Assembly: GCA_964528615.1 (NCBI GenBank)
Contig: CAZGSU010000024.1
Location: 10,459-74,458 of the forward strand
Direction: 5' to 3'
DNA: 64,000 nt
From: an uncultured Acidobacteriaceae bacterium
Lineage (GTDB): Bacteria > Acidobacteriota > Terriglobia > Terriglobales > Acidobacteriaceae
A program made the position numbers and the translations under genes. Shown in pieces: positions 16,750 to 26,587 of the stretch (positions are counted from its first letter, which is position 1; every line of letters begins with the position of its first letter). Below the pieces are notes generated by a model. It saw only the letters and a program-made list of their open reading frames with translations. It had not been told where the DNA came from and searched no databases.

Positions 16750-17508
16750 TCACAGCACCTGCTCGACGCCGCTTCCTGATCGGCTGGTCAGCCATTGATA
16801 ACGGGGCGTGGCGCGGCGCTCGCGACGAGTACCAACGTTACCCCGGCTCATCAGGCTGGCGGGATGTTTTTCAGCGGTCACCTGGTGCCATCCGCTGCCG
16901 GAGGTCACATCGAAGGCCCCGATGTATCCGCCGGAAAGCAATTGCAATGGCGACTGGATGTGGTTGACCTGGTCAAATTGCGTGGATCCCTTGGTGCGGA
17001 AATCCTCAAACCAAGCCGGGAAAACTAAATCTGAGACGCGCACGATGCCGATTTCATAGCCATCGGCGTCTGACTCGCAGGCATCGCAAACTTCGTACGC
17101 GTAGCGTGTGCCGGCATTGGCCGCGGTCTGCAACAGCACCGACAGGTTGATGTTGGGATCAGCCAGCATTTCGAGAAGTTCGTGGCTCGCCGTGACTGAC
17201 CAGGTAAGCCCGTATTTCAGGTCGGTTCCGGCAAATACTTTCCCGATGGGCAGACCGTCAGGAGTGAGGTCGTGGTAACCGAGCGCGCCCGCCTGATCGG
17301 AATCGTCGAGGATAGCGAGCCACCACGTTCCTTCCGGTGGACTTGCAGTTCCCGGGATAAAGTTAAGTTTGGCGTCGATTCCCCAGACTGGCCGGAAATC
17401 GTTGCTCACCTGTTTCTGCAGAGCATCGACCACGGGCCTGATCTCGCTGTCGTTAAGTACCGTAGTAGCGTTGACAATGGAGATATTAACGGGAGTGATT
17501 TGAGACAT
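16750..17508 (-). CDS. hypothetical protein (HELLE motif)
   Basis: 252-aa ORF with ATG start. Contains WSVTASHELLEMLADP. No family recognised. Confidence 0.6.
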   Translation of the reverse strand: MSQITPVNISIVNATTVLNDSEIRPVVDALQKQVSNDFRPVWGIDAKLNFIPGTASPPEGTWWLAILDDSDQAGALGYHDLTPDGLPIGKVFAGTDLKYGLTWSVTASHELLEMLADPNINLSVLLQTAANAGTRYAYEVCDACESDADGYEIGIVRVSDLVFPAWFEDFRTKGSTQFDQVNHIQSPLQLLSGGYIGAFDVTSGSGWHQVTAEKHPASLMSRGNVGTRRERRATPRYQWLTSRSGSGVEQVL

Positions 17509-17752
17509 GGCCTTCTCCTTTTAGTAAAAGATTCGGAGAACGCGCAGGGAACTTGCGTGACTCTGTGTTTGCGAAATTAATCTTCGGCCGCTTGAGACGC
17601 AAGGGCACGGATCACGAAAAAATGCGTGGCTTCCCATAGTGGGAGACTGCTCGTGATTGGTTTCGGGAGGATCAAAAGAGACGAATTTCTGCAGGAGACC
17701 GGAATAACTTCACGAACTACCGAAGACGGCAGACACACAAGCGCGAATCTTG

Positions 17753-17782
17753 CCTTCGTGTCCCTTGGTGCCCTTGGAGGTG
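17753..17782. repeat. second copy of the CCTTCGTGNCCCTTG motif
   Basis: ccttcgtgtcccttggtg matches 16 of 18 positions of 4839-4856. Confidence 0.65.
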
Positions 17783-17875
17783 AAATCAGGATGCCGCCGA
17801 GCCGCCCACGGCATTGCCGTGCCGGGCGAGTGCAAGTATCGTAGACGGAGGAGCCTTTGAACTGCGAGGGAAGTT

Positions 17876-18316
17876 ATGGGTGTTTACCTCGTCTCCGCTA
17901 TGCTAGTTGCTGTCCAAGTGTTCAATTTGCCTCCCCCACCGAGAGCGTTGCCACTATTGCTTCAACTCCAGCCTTCGTTCAAGGGGTATGGCGGCAGTCC
18001 GCGGATAAGTTCCGTATCCCGCTTACACATCTCGGAGACTGCCTCTGTGAAACGCTTGTTAAAGAAAGTCGAACCCGATTACCCAAGTGAAGCCAAGGCT
18101 GCAGGCGTTGAGGGCGATGTTGTTTTCAAGATCGCGATTGGAATCGATGGCACAGTAGAGGAAATCCACCTCCGGCGCGGGAAACCCCTGCTGATAGAAG
18201 CGGCGGCGAAGGCAGTTTCAAAGTGGCGGTATGAGGCTTATATCTTTAACGGCAACCCCGTGGAAGTAGAGACCTTTGCCACGGTCAGATTTCAGCTGCC
18301 TACCAAACATCAGTGA
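17876..18316 (+). CDS. TonB C-terminal domain protein
   Basis: VEPDYPSEAKAAGVEGDVVFKIAIGIDGTVEEIHLRRG...AVSKWRYEAYIFNGNPVEV. Confidence 0.8.
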   Translation: MGVYLVSAMLVAVQVFNLPPPPRALPLLLQLQPSFKGYGGSPRISSVSRLHISETASVKRLLKKVEPDYPSEAKAAGVEGDVVFKIAIGIDGTVEEIHLRRGKPLLIEAAAKAVSKWRYEAYIFNGNPVEVETFATVRFQLPTKHQ

Positions 18317-18343
18317 CTTTGAAAATAGCCAGTCGGACTTCGT

Positions 18344-19414
18344 TTGAATCACAGCAGCCAAATTACGAACCTGGTGAAACAGTACGCCCGCGACGCCGGC
18401 TTCGAGCTGGCGGGGATTGCGCCGGTCAATGACTTCGACGAACTGGATCGGTTTCGGGAGTGGATCGCAGCCGGGCGTGCGGGCGAGATGAAGTACATGG
18501 AGGCCCGCGACGATTCCGGCTCTCTCAAGCGCGCCTCGTTGTGCTCGACGCTGCCCTGGGTTCGCAGCGTAATCGTCTGCGCGATCAACTACAACACTGC
18601 CCACCCCTATTCAACCCAGGTTGAGGATCCCGAGCGGGGATGGATTGCCCGCTACGCATGGGGACATGAGGACTATCACCAAGCGGTGATGAGCAGGCTG
18701 CGTGTCGTAGAAACCAGCCTGCGCCAGGCCGTTTCTGAATCAGAAACGCCGCTGCAGACGCGCTGCTATGTGGATACCGGCCCGATCGTTGAACGCGTCT
18801 ACGCCAAATATGCCGGCGTGGGCTGGATCGGCAAGAATACATGCATCCTGAACCAGAAGCTGGGATCATGGCTTTTCCTGGGTGTAATCCTGACCTCGCT
18901 CGAACTCGAACCCGATCTCCCTGCGCCAGATCGCTGCGGCACCTGCACGCGCTGTATCGATGCCTGCCCTACCGACGCGCTGCTCGCGCCCTATCAACTG
19001 GATTCGAATCTTTGCATCTCATATCTCACTATTGAAAAACGTGGTGCGATTCCGGAAGATTTGCGCACAGGAATGGGCCGCCACCTTTTCGGCTGCGATA
19101 TCTGCCAGGATGTTTGTCCCTGGAACCGCAAGGCGCCGGTCACCGGTGCTGCGGAATTTCAGCCCAGGGATGGGCTGGTCAATCCCGCGTTGGAATGGCT
19201 GGCAGAAATCACAAACGAAGAATTCCGGGAAACATTCCGCGGATCGGCGGTGCGCCGCGCCAAACGCAGCGGTCTGAGGCGAAACGCCGTGATTGCCATG
19301 GGCAACAGCGGCGATCGGCGTTTCGGACCTTTGCTGGAAACACTGAAAAACGACGAAGATGAGGTAGTCGCGGAGAGCGCGGCGTGGGCGGCGGGCAAGC
19401 TGCAGACTGATTAG
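18344..19414 (+). CDS. queG: tRNA epoxyqueuosine(34) reductase
   Basis: Two 4Fe-4S motifs, CGTCTRCIDACPT and CDICQDVCPWN, plus a C-terminal HEAT-like tail. The TTG start is uncertain. Confidence 0.88.
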   Translation: MNHSSQITNLVKQYARDAGFELAGIAPVNDFDELDRFREWIAAGRAGEMKYMEARDDSGSLKRASLCSTLPWVRSVIVCAINYNTAHPYSTQVEDPERGWIARYAWGHEDYHQAVMSRLRVVETSLRQAVSESETPLQTRCYVDTGPIVERVYAKYAGVGWIGKNTCILNQKLGSWLFLGVILTSLELEPDLPAPDRCGTCTRCIDACPTDALLAPYQLDSNLCISYLTIEKRGAIPEDLRTGMGRHLFGCDICQDVCPWNRKAPVTGAAEFQPRDGLVNPALEWLAEITNEEFRETFRGSAVRRAKRSGLRRNAVIAMGNSGDRRFGPLLETLKNDEDEVVAESAAWAAGKLQTD

Positions 19415-19435
19415 TCGCAGATTGATGCATTTCGC

Positions 19436-19466
19436 GTTTCCAGTTTCCGGTTTCTGGTTTCTAGAG
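19436..19466. repeat. solo T-rich arm, family A
   Basis: gtttcca gtttccg gtttctg gtttcta gag. Confidence 0.8.
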
Positions 19467-19650
19467 CAACAAAGAAATCAGATAGCGGCCTTCGCCCCGA
19501 CGTTTTTTGACTGGTACGCGCGAGATCCGCCGCGGGACCGCTTCCAACGCGGGTAAAGGAATTGTTCCAACCTGAGTCAACAGCCGCGGCTGGCCAGGTC
19601 GAGGCCTGACCACCGTGATAGCATGGTTTTAATCGGGTGCTTGCCTGATC

Positions 19651-21603
19651 ATGCCTTGCTTCCGCCTCACCTCGCGACTCCTTCTCGTGGCTCTGTTCTG
19701 CGCAAGCAGCCTCTCGTCGGCGCTCTCTGGGCATCCAGCCGAACCCAAGTGGATCAGGGTGAGTTCTGCTCATTTTTCTGTGCTCACCGACGCGGGGGAA
19801 AAGAAGGGGCGGGAAGTAGCGTTACGCTTCGAGCAAATGAGAGACATCTTCGCGCAGCTCTTCGTAAAGACCAAGCTGCGGCTGCCGGAGCCGCTCGACG
19901 TCATCGCTCTGGCTTCGGACGAAGAGTACATCCGCATCGCACCAGTCCGCCAGGGCCGACCCATTTCCGCGCCGGGATTTTTTCTGCCCGGCGACGATCG
20001 CAACTTCATCGTGCTCGATGTTTCTGCGGAAGACGGCTGGCGGGCGGTCTCGCGCGAGTTTGCGCGCCTGCTGCTGAATTTCAACTATCCCCCTACCCAG
20101 GATTGGTTTGACGAAGGCTTTGCGCAATATTTCTCCAGCCTGCGCCTGGGAGACGACCAGGCACAGATCGGCGGCGACCCGGCACAGAACCGGCCCTGGG
20201 ACCAAGGCTCCGGTCAATCGTCTTCCACTCAATCAGCCGCCGCCTCGAACCAGCCCGGATCGCTGGTGGAATTGCTAAATGGGCCGTGGCTGACGATTCC
20301 GGAGTTGTTTGCGATGCGCCGAGGTTCATCGGGATATCCCGCCATGTTCTACGCGCAGTCCTGGATCGTAATGCACTATTTGCTCAACCGGAACAAACTG
20401 TCAGACGCTGGATCTTATTTCGGTTTGGTGGAAATAAAAAAGCTCCCGGTGGAGCAGGCCATCCAGCAGGCGTTCGGTGTGAGCGCTACCGAATTCGAAT
20501 CTGCGGTGAAAGACTATTTTCATTCGCTTTCCTGGTCGCAAACGCCAGGGAACGGTAAGCCGCCCGATCCGACGGTTGCGCAGGCCTATCAGTCCCTGCA
20601 TCCGCTCGCAGCCGGCAACGTGGGGAGCAGCGTAAAAGACATCCCAGACGCACAGGCCCGGGCACTGGTCGCGGAAGTTGCAGTGCGGCTGCCTGAACAT
20701 CGCGAGCAGGCAGAACAGGATCTCCGATCAATCGTCGCCGACCCTAACCCTAAGATGGATAACGCAATCGCTCACCGCGCTCTGGGCTGGTCGCGGATGG
20801 AGAAGAAGGAATTCGATCAAGCGGGTGAGGAGCTGGCCCGAGCCTCAGAGCTCGACCCGCGCGATACCTGGGTTCACTTCTACCTGGCGTTGGTAAAATA
20901 CCGCGCCTCCCTGGCGAGCCACCAACCCATTCTCGGCGTCTCCAACATGATTCAGGATCTGGTGGCGGTGGTCGACTTTGATCCAGATTTTGCCGAGGCC
21001 CATCACATGCTCGCGGTGGCGCGACTCCAGGGAGGCGGCGTGCATTCGGCGATGGAATCGATCCGGGTGGCGATCCAGCTCAGTCCGCGCAACGAGCAAT
21101 ATCTTCTGGACCTGGCCCGGATTGAGCTGGCGGGAAAGCAATGGGACGATGCGACGGTGCAGCTCGATCGCCTCAAGAACAGCCTGAATCCGGAAATCGC
21201 GCAAGCCGCTCGCAAGCATCTGGACGATCTGCCCACCTTAAAGAAGTATGGAGTCCTGCCACAGGAGAGTGCAGATTCCAAGTCCACTCCAGCGGTTGTG
21301 TACCAGAATTCGGGAGAGGCGTCGGAGTCCGATCAGGCGGCCCCAGCGGAACCGGCGGTGGACAACCGCAAAGTTCAATTCCTCAAAGGGAAGCTGCTGA
21401 GCGTCGACTGCAGCCATGGGCCGGCGGCAACCTTGACGGTCAGGGCAGGCGCCAGGGCCATGAAATTTCGTACCGATGATTACAAGTCGTTGCTGATGGT
21501 TGGGGACGAATTTTCCTGCGAATGGAGAGATCGTACTGTAGTGGTGAACTACAAAGCTGGTGGAAAAGCCGACGGCGACCTGGTGTCGGTTGAAGTCCAG
21601 TAG
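19651..21603 (+). CDS. secreted TPR-repeat protein with degenerate MA-clan peptidase-like N-domain
   Basis: Signal-like N-terminus LLLVALFCASSLSSALS. REFARLL...DWFDEGFAQYF sits where HExxH...EG.A.Y would be. TPR-like helices cover the C-terminal half. Confidence 0.7.
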   Translation: MPCFRLTSRLLLVALFCASSLSSALSGHPAEPKWIRVSSAHFSVLTDAGEKKGREVALRFEQMRDIFAQLFVKTKLRLPEPLDVIALASDEEYIRIAPVRQGRPISAPGFFLPGDDRNFIVLDVSAEDGWRAVSREFARLLLNFNYPPTQDWFDEGFAQYFSSLRLGDDQAQIGGDPAQNRPWDQGSGQSSSTQSAAASNQPGSLVELLNGPWLTIPELFAMRRGSSGYPAMFYAQSWIVMHYLLNRNKLSDAGSYFGLVEIKKLPVEQAIQQAFGVSATEFESAVKDYFHSLSWSQTPGNGKPPDPTVAQAYQSLHPLAAGNVGSSVKDIPDAQARALVAEVAVRLPEHREQAEQDLRSIVADPNPKMDNAIAHRALGWSRMEKKEFDQAGEELARASELDPRDTWVHFYLALVKYRASLASHQPILGVSNMIQDLVAVVDFDPDFAEAHHMLAVARLQGGGVHSAMESIRVAIQLSPRNEQYLLDLARIELAGKQWDDATVQLDRLKNSLNPEIAQAARKHLDDLPTLKKYGVLPQESADSKSTPAVVYQNSGEASESDQAAPAEPAVDNRKVQFLKGKLLSVDCSHGPAATLTVRAGARAMKFRTDDYKSLLMVGDEFSCEWRDRTVVVNYKAGGKADGDLVSVEVQ

Positions 21604-21648
21604 GCTCTCGACGAACCGACATTGGCGAGTTCGCCGGAAATAACAAAC

Positions 21649-21670
21649 CCTCCCAGGGGAAGCTGAGAGG
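21649..21670 (-). terminator. candidate intrinsic terminator of the cold-shock gene
   Basis: cctccca/tgagagg stem with one mismatch. On the minus strand it is followed by tttgttatttcc. Lies about 25 nt after the csp stop. Confidence 0.5.
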
Positions 21671-21695
21671 GCTCGCAGTGGTTGAAACCGACCTT

Positions 21696-21902
21696 TTATT
21701 GCACCCGCACCACGTTACCTGCCTGAAAGCCTTTCGGGCCCTTGAGCAGATCGAATTCCACCGTCTCGCCTTCGTTCAGCGTGCGATACCCATTCTCCTG
21801 GATGGCGGAGAAATGAACGAAAACGTCCTCCCCGGTAGAGCGCTGGATGAACCCGTATCCCTTCGCCCCGTTGAACCACTTTACTGTGCCCTTCTCTCTC
21901 AC
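21696..21902 (-). CDS. cold-shock protein (CspA family)
   Basis: [15 protein letters not shown] (RNP1) and VFVHFSAI (RNP2). Confidence 0.95.
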   Translation of the reverse strand: MREKGTVKWFNGAKGYGFIQRSTGEDVFVHFSAIQENGYRTLNEGETVEFDLLKGPKGFQAGNVVRVQ

Positions 21903-22332
21903 AAAGAACTCCTTTCACTTCTACTCTGTAATTTAACTTTCGCTTCCTCCGTGAAGCTCGTGCTCCTCTACTAACCCCCTCCAGAGGAAACGAAAGCACT
22001 GCCGGTTCGTGTTTCAGCTACCCCGCCAACAAGAAAGCTCCGACAGCCTTGTCCGTTGGAAAAAACCACGGACAGAACTCCGGAGCAATCGTAATGGCAC
22101 GAGTTGTGACTCCAGGACACAAACCGTTAAACCCCCAACACGGACTCGCAGCCCCAAATTGCGGGCGGTGAGCAGAAGATAATATTCATGAACTCCTTTT
22201 CTGGCAAGTGAAGAAATGCAGGTGTAAAACGATTCAGCACGGGGTTTTGCGCGCGCAAGACAGGGTAGCGCAGCGCCCGCGCTTCGCGGCCGTAGGCATC
22301 AGCATCGCAACTCTCTGATAGGATTAGAGAAA

Positions 22333-23220
22333 ATGCTCCATGACCAGGAGTCAAGTTTGATCGATTCGAGGCCCCCGGCTGCCCATTCACCCTCCGCGTG
22401 GAATGAGGATCCCTACTCCGGCCTGGTTCGTTCCACACTGAAATATTTGTTACGCACCGAGGTACACACGTTTGCGTTTTCCGTAGCAGCCAATGCGCTG
22501 CTCTCTTTCTTTCCTTTCGTACTACTGCTGATGACTTTGATCCGGCGAGTGTTTCGTTCTCCAGTGATGTACGACGTCGTGGTGCAACTGTTACGCGATT
22601 TTCTGCCGGCCGGGCAAGATTTTGTGATTCGCAATCTGAATGCCCTGGTCGGCGCCCGCGATCGCGCCCAACTGGCTTCGCTCCTGATTCTTCTGGTGAC
22701 CTCGACCGGAATCTTCATGCCGTTGGAAGTGGCACTGAATCGTATCTGGGGGTTCCCCAACAATCGCTCTTACTTCGGAAATCAATTGATATCTCTTGGC
22801 CTGGCTTTCAGCTGCGGGGTGCTGGCCTTGCTGTCGATTGCGTCCACCGCGGGAAACGTGGCGTTGGTGGGAAATCTGCTGCGAAGTCATGGGCCTTTTG
22901 TGGTGCGGTTGGGTGGTTTCCTCATGATGAAGGGCTTCGCCATCGCTGCCAGCATTGCTATTTTTTTCCTGATCTATTGGGTGCTGCCGAACGGCAAGAT
23001 ACCCGTCCGGGCCGTGCTGCCCACCGCGGTAATCATGGGATTGCTATCGGAGACCCTGAAATATGCCTACATCCTGGCCTTGCCCTGGCTGAATTTCCAG
23101 GAAGTTTATGGACCCTTCGCCTTGTCGGTAAGCCTGATGTTCTGGGCTTTCCTTTCCGGATTGCTGTTGCTGACGGGAGCTCATTTATCTGCGCGAGGGT
23201 ACCGCGGGCGAAGAGTGTGA
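22333..23220 (+). CDS. YihY/BrkB family membrane protein
   Basis: Multi-TM protein with FAFSVAANALLSFFPFVLLL and a C-terminal ...WAFLSGLLLLTGAHLSA pattern. Confidence 0.8.
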   Translation: MLHDQESSLIDSRPPAAHSPSAWNEDPYSGLVRSTLKYLLRTEVHTFAFSVAANALLSFFPFVLLLMTLIRRVFRSPVMYDVVVQLLRDFLPAGQDFVIRNLNALVGARDRAQLASLLILLVTSTGIFMPLEVALNRIWGFPNNRSYFGNQLISLGLAFSCGVLALLSIASTAGNVALVGNLLRSHGPFVVRLGGFLMMKGFAIAASIAIFFLIYWVLPNGKIPVRAVLPTAVIMGLLSETLKYAYILALPWLNFQEVYGPFALSVSLMFWAFLSGLLLLTGAHLSARGYRGRRV

Positions 23221-23390
23221 CCCGAAGCAGTGTCTTCCCTATCCAGCATCCTGGCGTCGGACGGCGGCATCGAGCATTGGTTGTACATCACACGTCTTCG
23301 TGATGGCTGGCACATCCCCGCGGTATCTCTTACCTTTAGCATTGTTTGATTCCCCGTCCCATCTGGTCTCGTTTCAAACGAGGCTTGGCC

Positions 23391-24023
23391 ATGCCATTTT
23401 CGTTGCGGCCGCTGATGTTTGGGCTGGCGTTGTTTTTTGTGCCTCAATTCCTGCTCTCTGCCGGGGCCCAGAACCTGGTGGTCAATCGCATCCCTCCTTC
23501 GTTCTCAAGTCTGCGCCAGATGAACCGGAATTCGCGTTTCATATTCGACGGAACTGTGCTGTCGGTAGGGCGAGTGGTCGAATCCGGATCGGACACCGTG
23601 CCCACGGTGCAGATCACCTTTCGTGTGGAACGAGCGATTCGCGGTACCCGCAACGGACAAGTGCTGACCATCCGGGAGTGGGCCGGCTTGTGGGACTCCG
23701 GGGACCGCTATCGCGCCGGTGAACGTCTCTTGTTGTTCCTGTACAACCCCAGCAAGCTTGGCTTGACTAGCCCAGTTGGAGGCCCACTCGGCCGCTTCGC
23801 CGTGGACTCGGGAGGAAACGTGAGTCTGGAAAATGGCTGGCTGGCCGCCCTCTCGCCCGATGAAGTTTCACGGCAACCGTTGCGCGGAAGGGCTCTGCTC
23901 GACAGCCGCGACTTTGCGCTGGCGATCGAGCGCTCGGCCACGCAGCGGTCAGCGACCCCGCGTGCTGCCACTCAACGTTCTGCCACTCAACGCACGGCTG
24001 CCCCGAATGTGGCGGCGGAGTAA
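23391..24023 (+). CDS. secreted hypothetical protein with C-terminal SATQR repeats
   Basis: ATG 23391 gives the signal peptide MPFSLRPLMFGLALFFVPQFLLSAGAQ. The tail reads SATQRSATPRAATQRSATQRTAAP. Confidence 0.6.
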   Translation: MPFSLRPLMFGLALFFVPQFLLSAGAQNLVVNRIPPSFSSLRQMNRNSRFIFDGTVLSVGRVVESGSDTVPTVQITFRVERAIRGTRNGQVLTIREWAGLWDSGDRYRAGERLLLFLYNPSKLGLTSPVGGPLGRFAVDSGGNVSLENGWLAALSPDEVSRQPLRGRALLDSRDFALAIERSATQRSATPRAATQRSATQRTAAPNVAAE

Positions 24024-24026
24024 ATC

Positions 24027-25506
24027 ATGGCACGAGCGTTTTACGCGCTGGCGCCAGGGATCGTACTCCTCATCGTGCTTCCGCTAGCTGTGCGGGCAGG
24101 CGGTCCGCGGGACGTTGCTGGAGCCAGTTACTTCGATGCCGCAAGCAAAGGTGTCCCGCTTACCTGGGCGGGCGGTGTGATCAGCTACTACACTGACCGC
24201 GGGAACCTGAGTCCGGTCCTTCCCGGAGCTACGGCGGACGCATTCGTGGCTGATGCCTTCAGCCGCTGGACCTCCATCCAGACGGCGGCGGTCTCGGCGG
24301 TGCGAGCGGGTCAACTCGGCGAAGACGTCAGCGGGGCCAACGTCAGCGCCAGCGGCGGAGCCCTGATGCTGCCGGCCGATATTCTCCCTTCGGCGGTGAA
24401 CTTGCCGGTGGCCATCGTTTACGATGCAGACGGAGCTGTAACCGACGCGCTGCTCGGCCAGGGCGCGGGAAGCGCCAGCGCCTGCTTCGACAACGCTGCG
24501 TACGGTGGAGTGGACAGCTTCAGCACCGACGCGCATCTGCTGCACGCGCTGGTCATTCTGAACGGAATGTGCGCGCAGACCTCGCAGCTTCTTTCCTGGC
24601 GTGCGGCGGCGCAGGCAGTTGCACGCTGCTGACCGACGAGAGCGGTCAGGCCTTGTCGCGGGTCACGGTTCTGCAGGCCGCCGTCATCAATATCAGCGTC
24701 CTGCTGGCGACTGCCTCTTACAAGACCCCGAACTCGGTGCAGGCGACGCTGCTCGGAACGTCGTCTGCCCTGGACATTTCGCTGGTTTCGGCGTTTGCCT
24801 GGATTGCTCAAGGTGCGACCATTGACGTTCCTCTCGCCGCCCGCCTGCCGGCCAACGGCTCGCCCGTGGCCGGTAGCATTGTGAATTATCAGGTGGTGAA
24901 AGGATCGGGCACACTCAGCTCCGCCAGCCCTCTCAGCGATCCGAATGGGTTCGCCAATACTACGCTGCACCTGGCTGCGCTTGGCGGCGATGTGCAGGTG
25001 AGCGCGTGCGTGGCCCCAGGAAACAAACCGTGCCAGATTTTCTCGGTGACGGCGGTGCCCGCGTCCGCGCTCCAACTGCAGCCGGTGGCTGGGAGCACCC
25101 AAATTCTTGCCGTGGGTCAGAGTTTCAAGCCGGTGATGGTGCGGGTCACGAATTCAGCGACCCCGGCCCACCCCGTACTTGGCGCAAACGTAACCTTCCA
25201 GGCGGTGGTGTCCCGACCGGTCGCCACTCCGCCGCCGATTTCGACGGAATTATCATCACCAGAAGTCCTGCTCCAATTATCGTCTCATCGTCGCGGTTGG
25301 CGGTGCTTTCCGACTCAGCCGGGCGGGCCACACTTCAGCCCTCTACTGGAGGAGCGCAGGGAGCGGTCCTGATCCAGGGGACGGCGGCGGCCGGAATCAG
25401 TATTCTTCCCTTCCAATTGCAGTCACTCTCGCCCCCGGCGTCCTCCGGGCCCGGAGTTCAGTCTCAGTTTCCCGGCAACTCGTGGCGCCGTGTGGCATCT
25501 AACTGA
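24027..25506 (+). pseudogene. secreted Ig-like (Big_1-type) repeat protein disrupted by two frameshifts
   Basis: A signal peptide ORF (24027-24632) continues in another frame (24569-25372), then in a third (to 25506). The protein sequence stays coherent across both junctions (~24570-24630 and ~25228-25245 at a ccgccgccg run). Confidence 0.55.
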
Positions 25507-25622
25507 TTGAAGAAAACTGCAGCTCTCCTGTGTTCGTCCCTCTGAGCGGAGAGGGTGCGGACACGGGGGGAGCCGCGGTGAAACGGGCAGCGTTCCCTCT
25601 CAGATTTCGCTACACTATCAGT

Positions 25623-26465
25623 ATGAGATCTATGCTGCGATACGCAGTGCTCGTGGCCGCGTTAGTTGCCGGCCCCTTGTCGCTCCAGAGCCTTGCCGAC
25701 GAAGGCCCACTCGACCCCACCCCGCCTAAAGGAACCACGACGGAGGAAATCATTCGGCGTTTCGCGGCCAAGGAAAAGGAATTCCAGCAGGCGCGCGACC
25801 AGTACACCTACCGCCAGGACGTCAAAGTGCAGACGCCGGAGGACGATGGCGAATATCACGAAGTCTTCGACGTGCTCTTTGACGATCAGGGCAAACGTTT
25901 GGAAAACGTGGTGTATGCACCGCAGTCCTCGCTCTCCCGTATTTCGATGTCCCCAGAGGACATCGATGATATCCGGCACCGGCTGCCCTTCGTGCTGACC
26001 AGCGACGAGATCCCCGAGTATCAGATTGTTTATGTCGGGCAGCAGCAGGAAGACGAGCTGCACTGCTATGTTTTCGACATTGCTCCCAAGGAAATCGTCG
26101 GCAAGAAACGATATTTCCAGGGCCGCCTCTGGGTCGATGACCGCGATTTTCAGATCGTGAAGACGTATGGCAAGACCGTCCCTGACATTCGCAAGAAGAG
26201 GGGACAGGAAAATCTCTTTCCCAAGTTCACCACCTGGCGTGAACAGATCGACGGCAAATACTGGTTCCCTACCTATACCAAAGCCGACGATGAGCTGCAT
26301 TTTTCTACGGGCGACATACGCATCCGCGAGATCGTGAAGTACAGCGATTACAAGCGCTTCGGATCAAACGTGAAGATCACGTATGAAGGCCAGGAAGTGC
26401 AGAAGGCACCAGGAGCGGAGAAAGACAAGTCTCAGGCCCAGACGCCGGACAAGCCGCAGAAATAG
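25623..26465 (+). CDS. LolA-like / outer-membrane lipoprotein-sorting-like secreted protein
   Basis: ATG 25623 gives the signal MRSMLRYAVLVAALVAGPLSLQSLA. Later HCYVFDIAPKE...FQGRLWVDDRDFQIVK matches the pattern of that fold. Confidence 0.6.
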   Translation: MRSMLRYAVLVAALVAGPLSLQSLADEGPLDPTPPKGTTTEEIIRRFAAKEKEFQQARDQYTYRQDVKVQTPEDDGEYHEVFDVLFDDQGKRLENVVYAPQSSLSRISMSPEDIDDIRHRLPFVLTSDEIPEYQIVYVGQQQEDELHCYVFDIAPKEIVGKKRYFQGRLWVDDRDFQIVKTYGKTVPDIRKKRGQENLFPKFTTWREQIDGKYWFPTYTKADDELHFSTGDIRIREIVKYSDYKRFGSNVKITYEGQEVQKAPGAEKDKSQAQTPDKPQK

Positions 26466-26587
26466 TTCCTGGTTTCCGGTTTCTAGTTTCCAGCAATTGC
26501 AGCTGGAACGAACCGCAGAAATCGTTTTAGTTCCGTATGAAGCCTGTGTCGGGTTCTAGAAACTGGAAACTAGAAACCTGAAACTAG
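26466..26587. repeat. heptad-repeat inverted-arm element, family A, long loop
   Basis: Left arm ttcctggtttccggtttctagtttccag (26466-26493). Right arm ttctagaaactggaaactagaaacctgaaactag (26554-26587). A 16-nt perfect core ggtttctagtttccag is shared. Confidence 0.9.

Noticed and set aside
22127-22438. 103-aa ORF in the csp / yihY divergent region
   Set aside because: It overlaps the yihY start and has no protein-like features. The 430-nt region is more simply the divergent promoters plus a long cold-shock 5' UTR, which I cannot delimit without a TSS.
24027-25506. Treating 24027-24632, 24569-25372 and 25006-25506 as three independent genes
   Set aside because: The second and third ORFs lack credible starts, RBS or signal peptides. 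The domain content continues smoothly across the frame changes.
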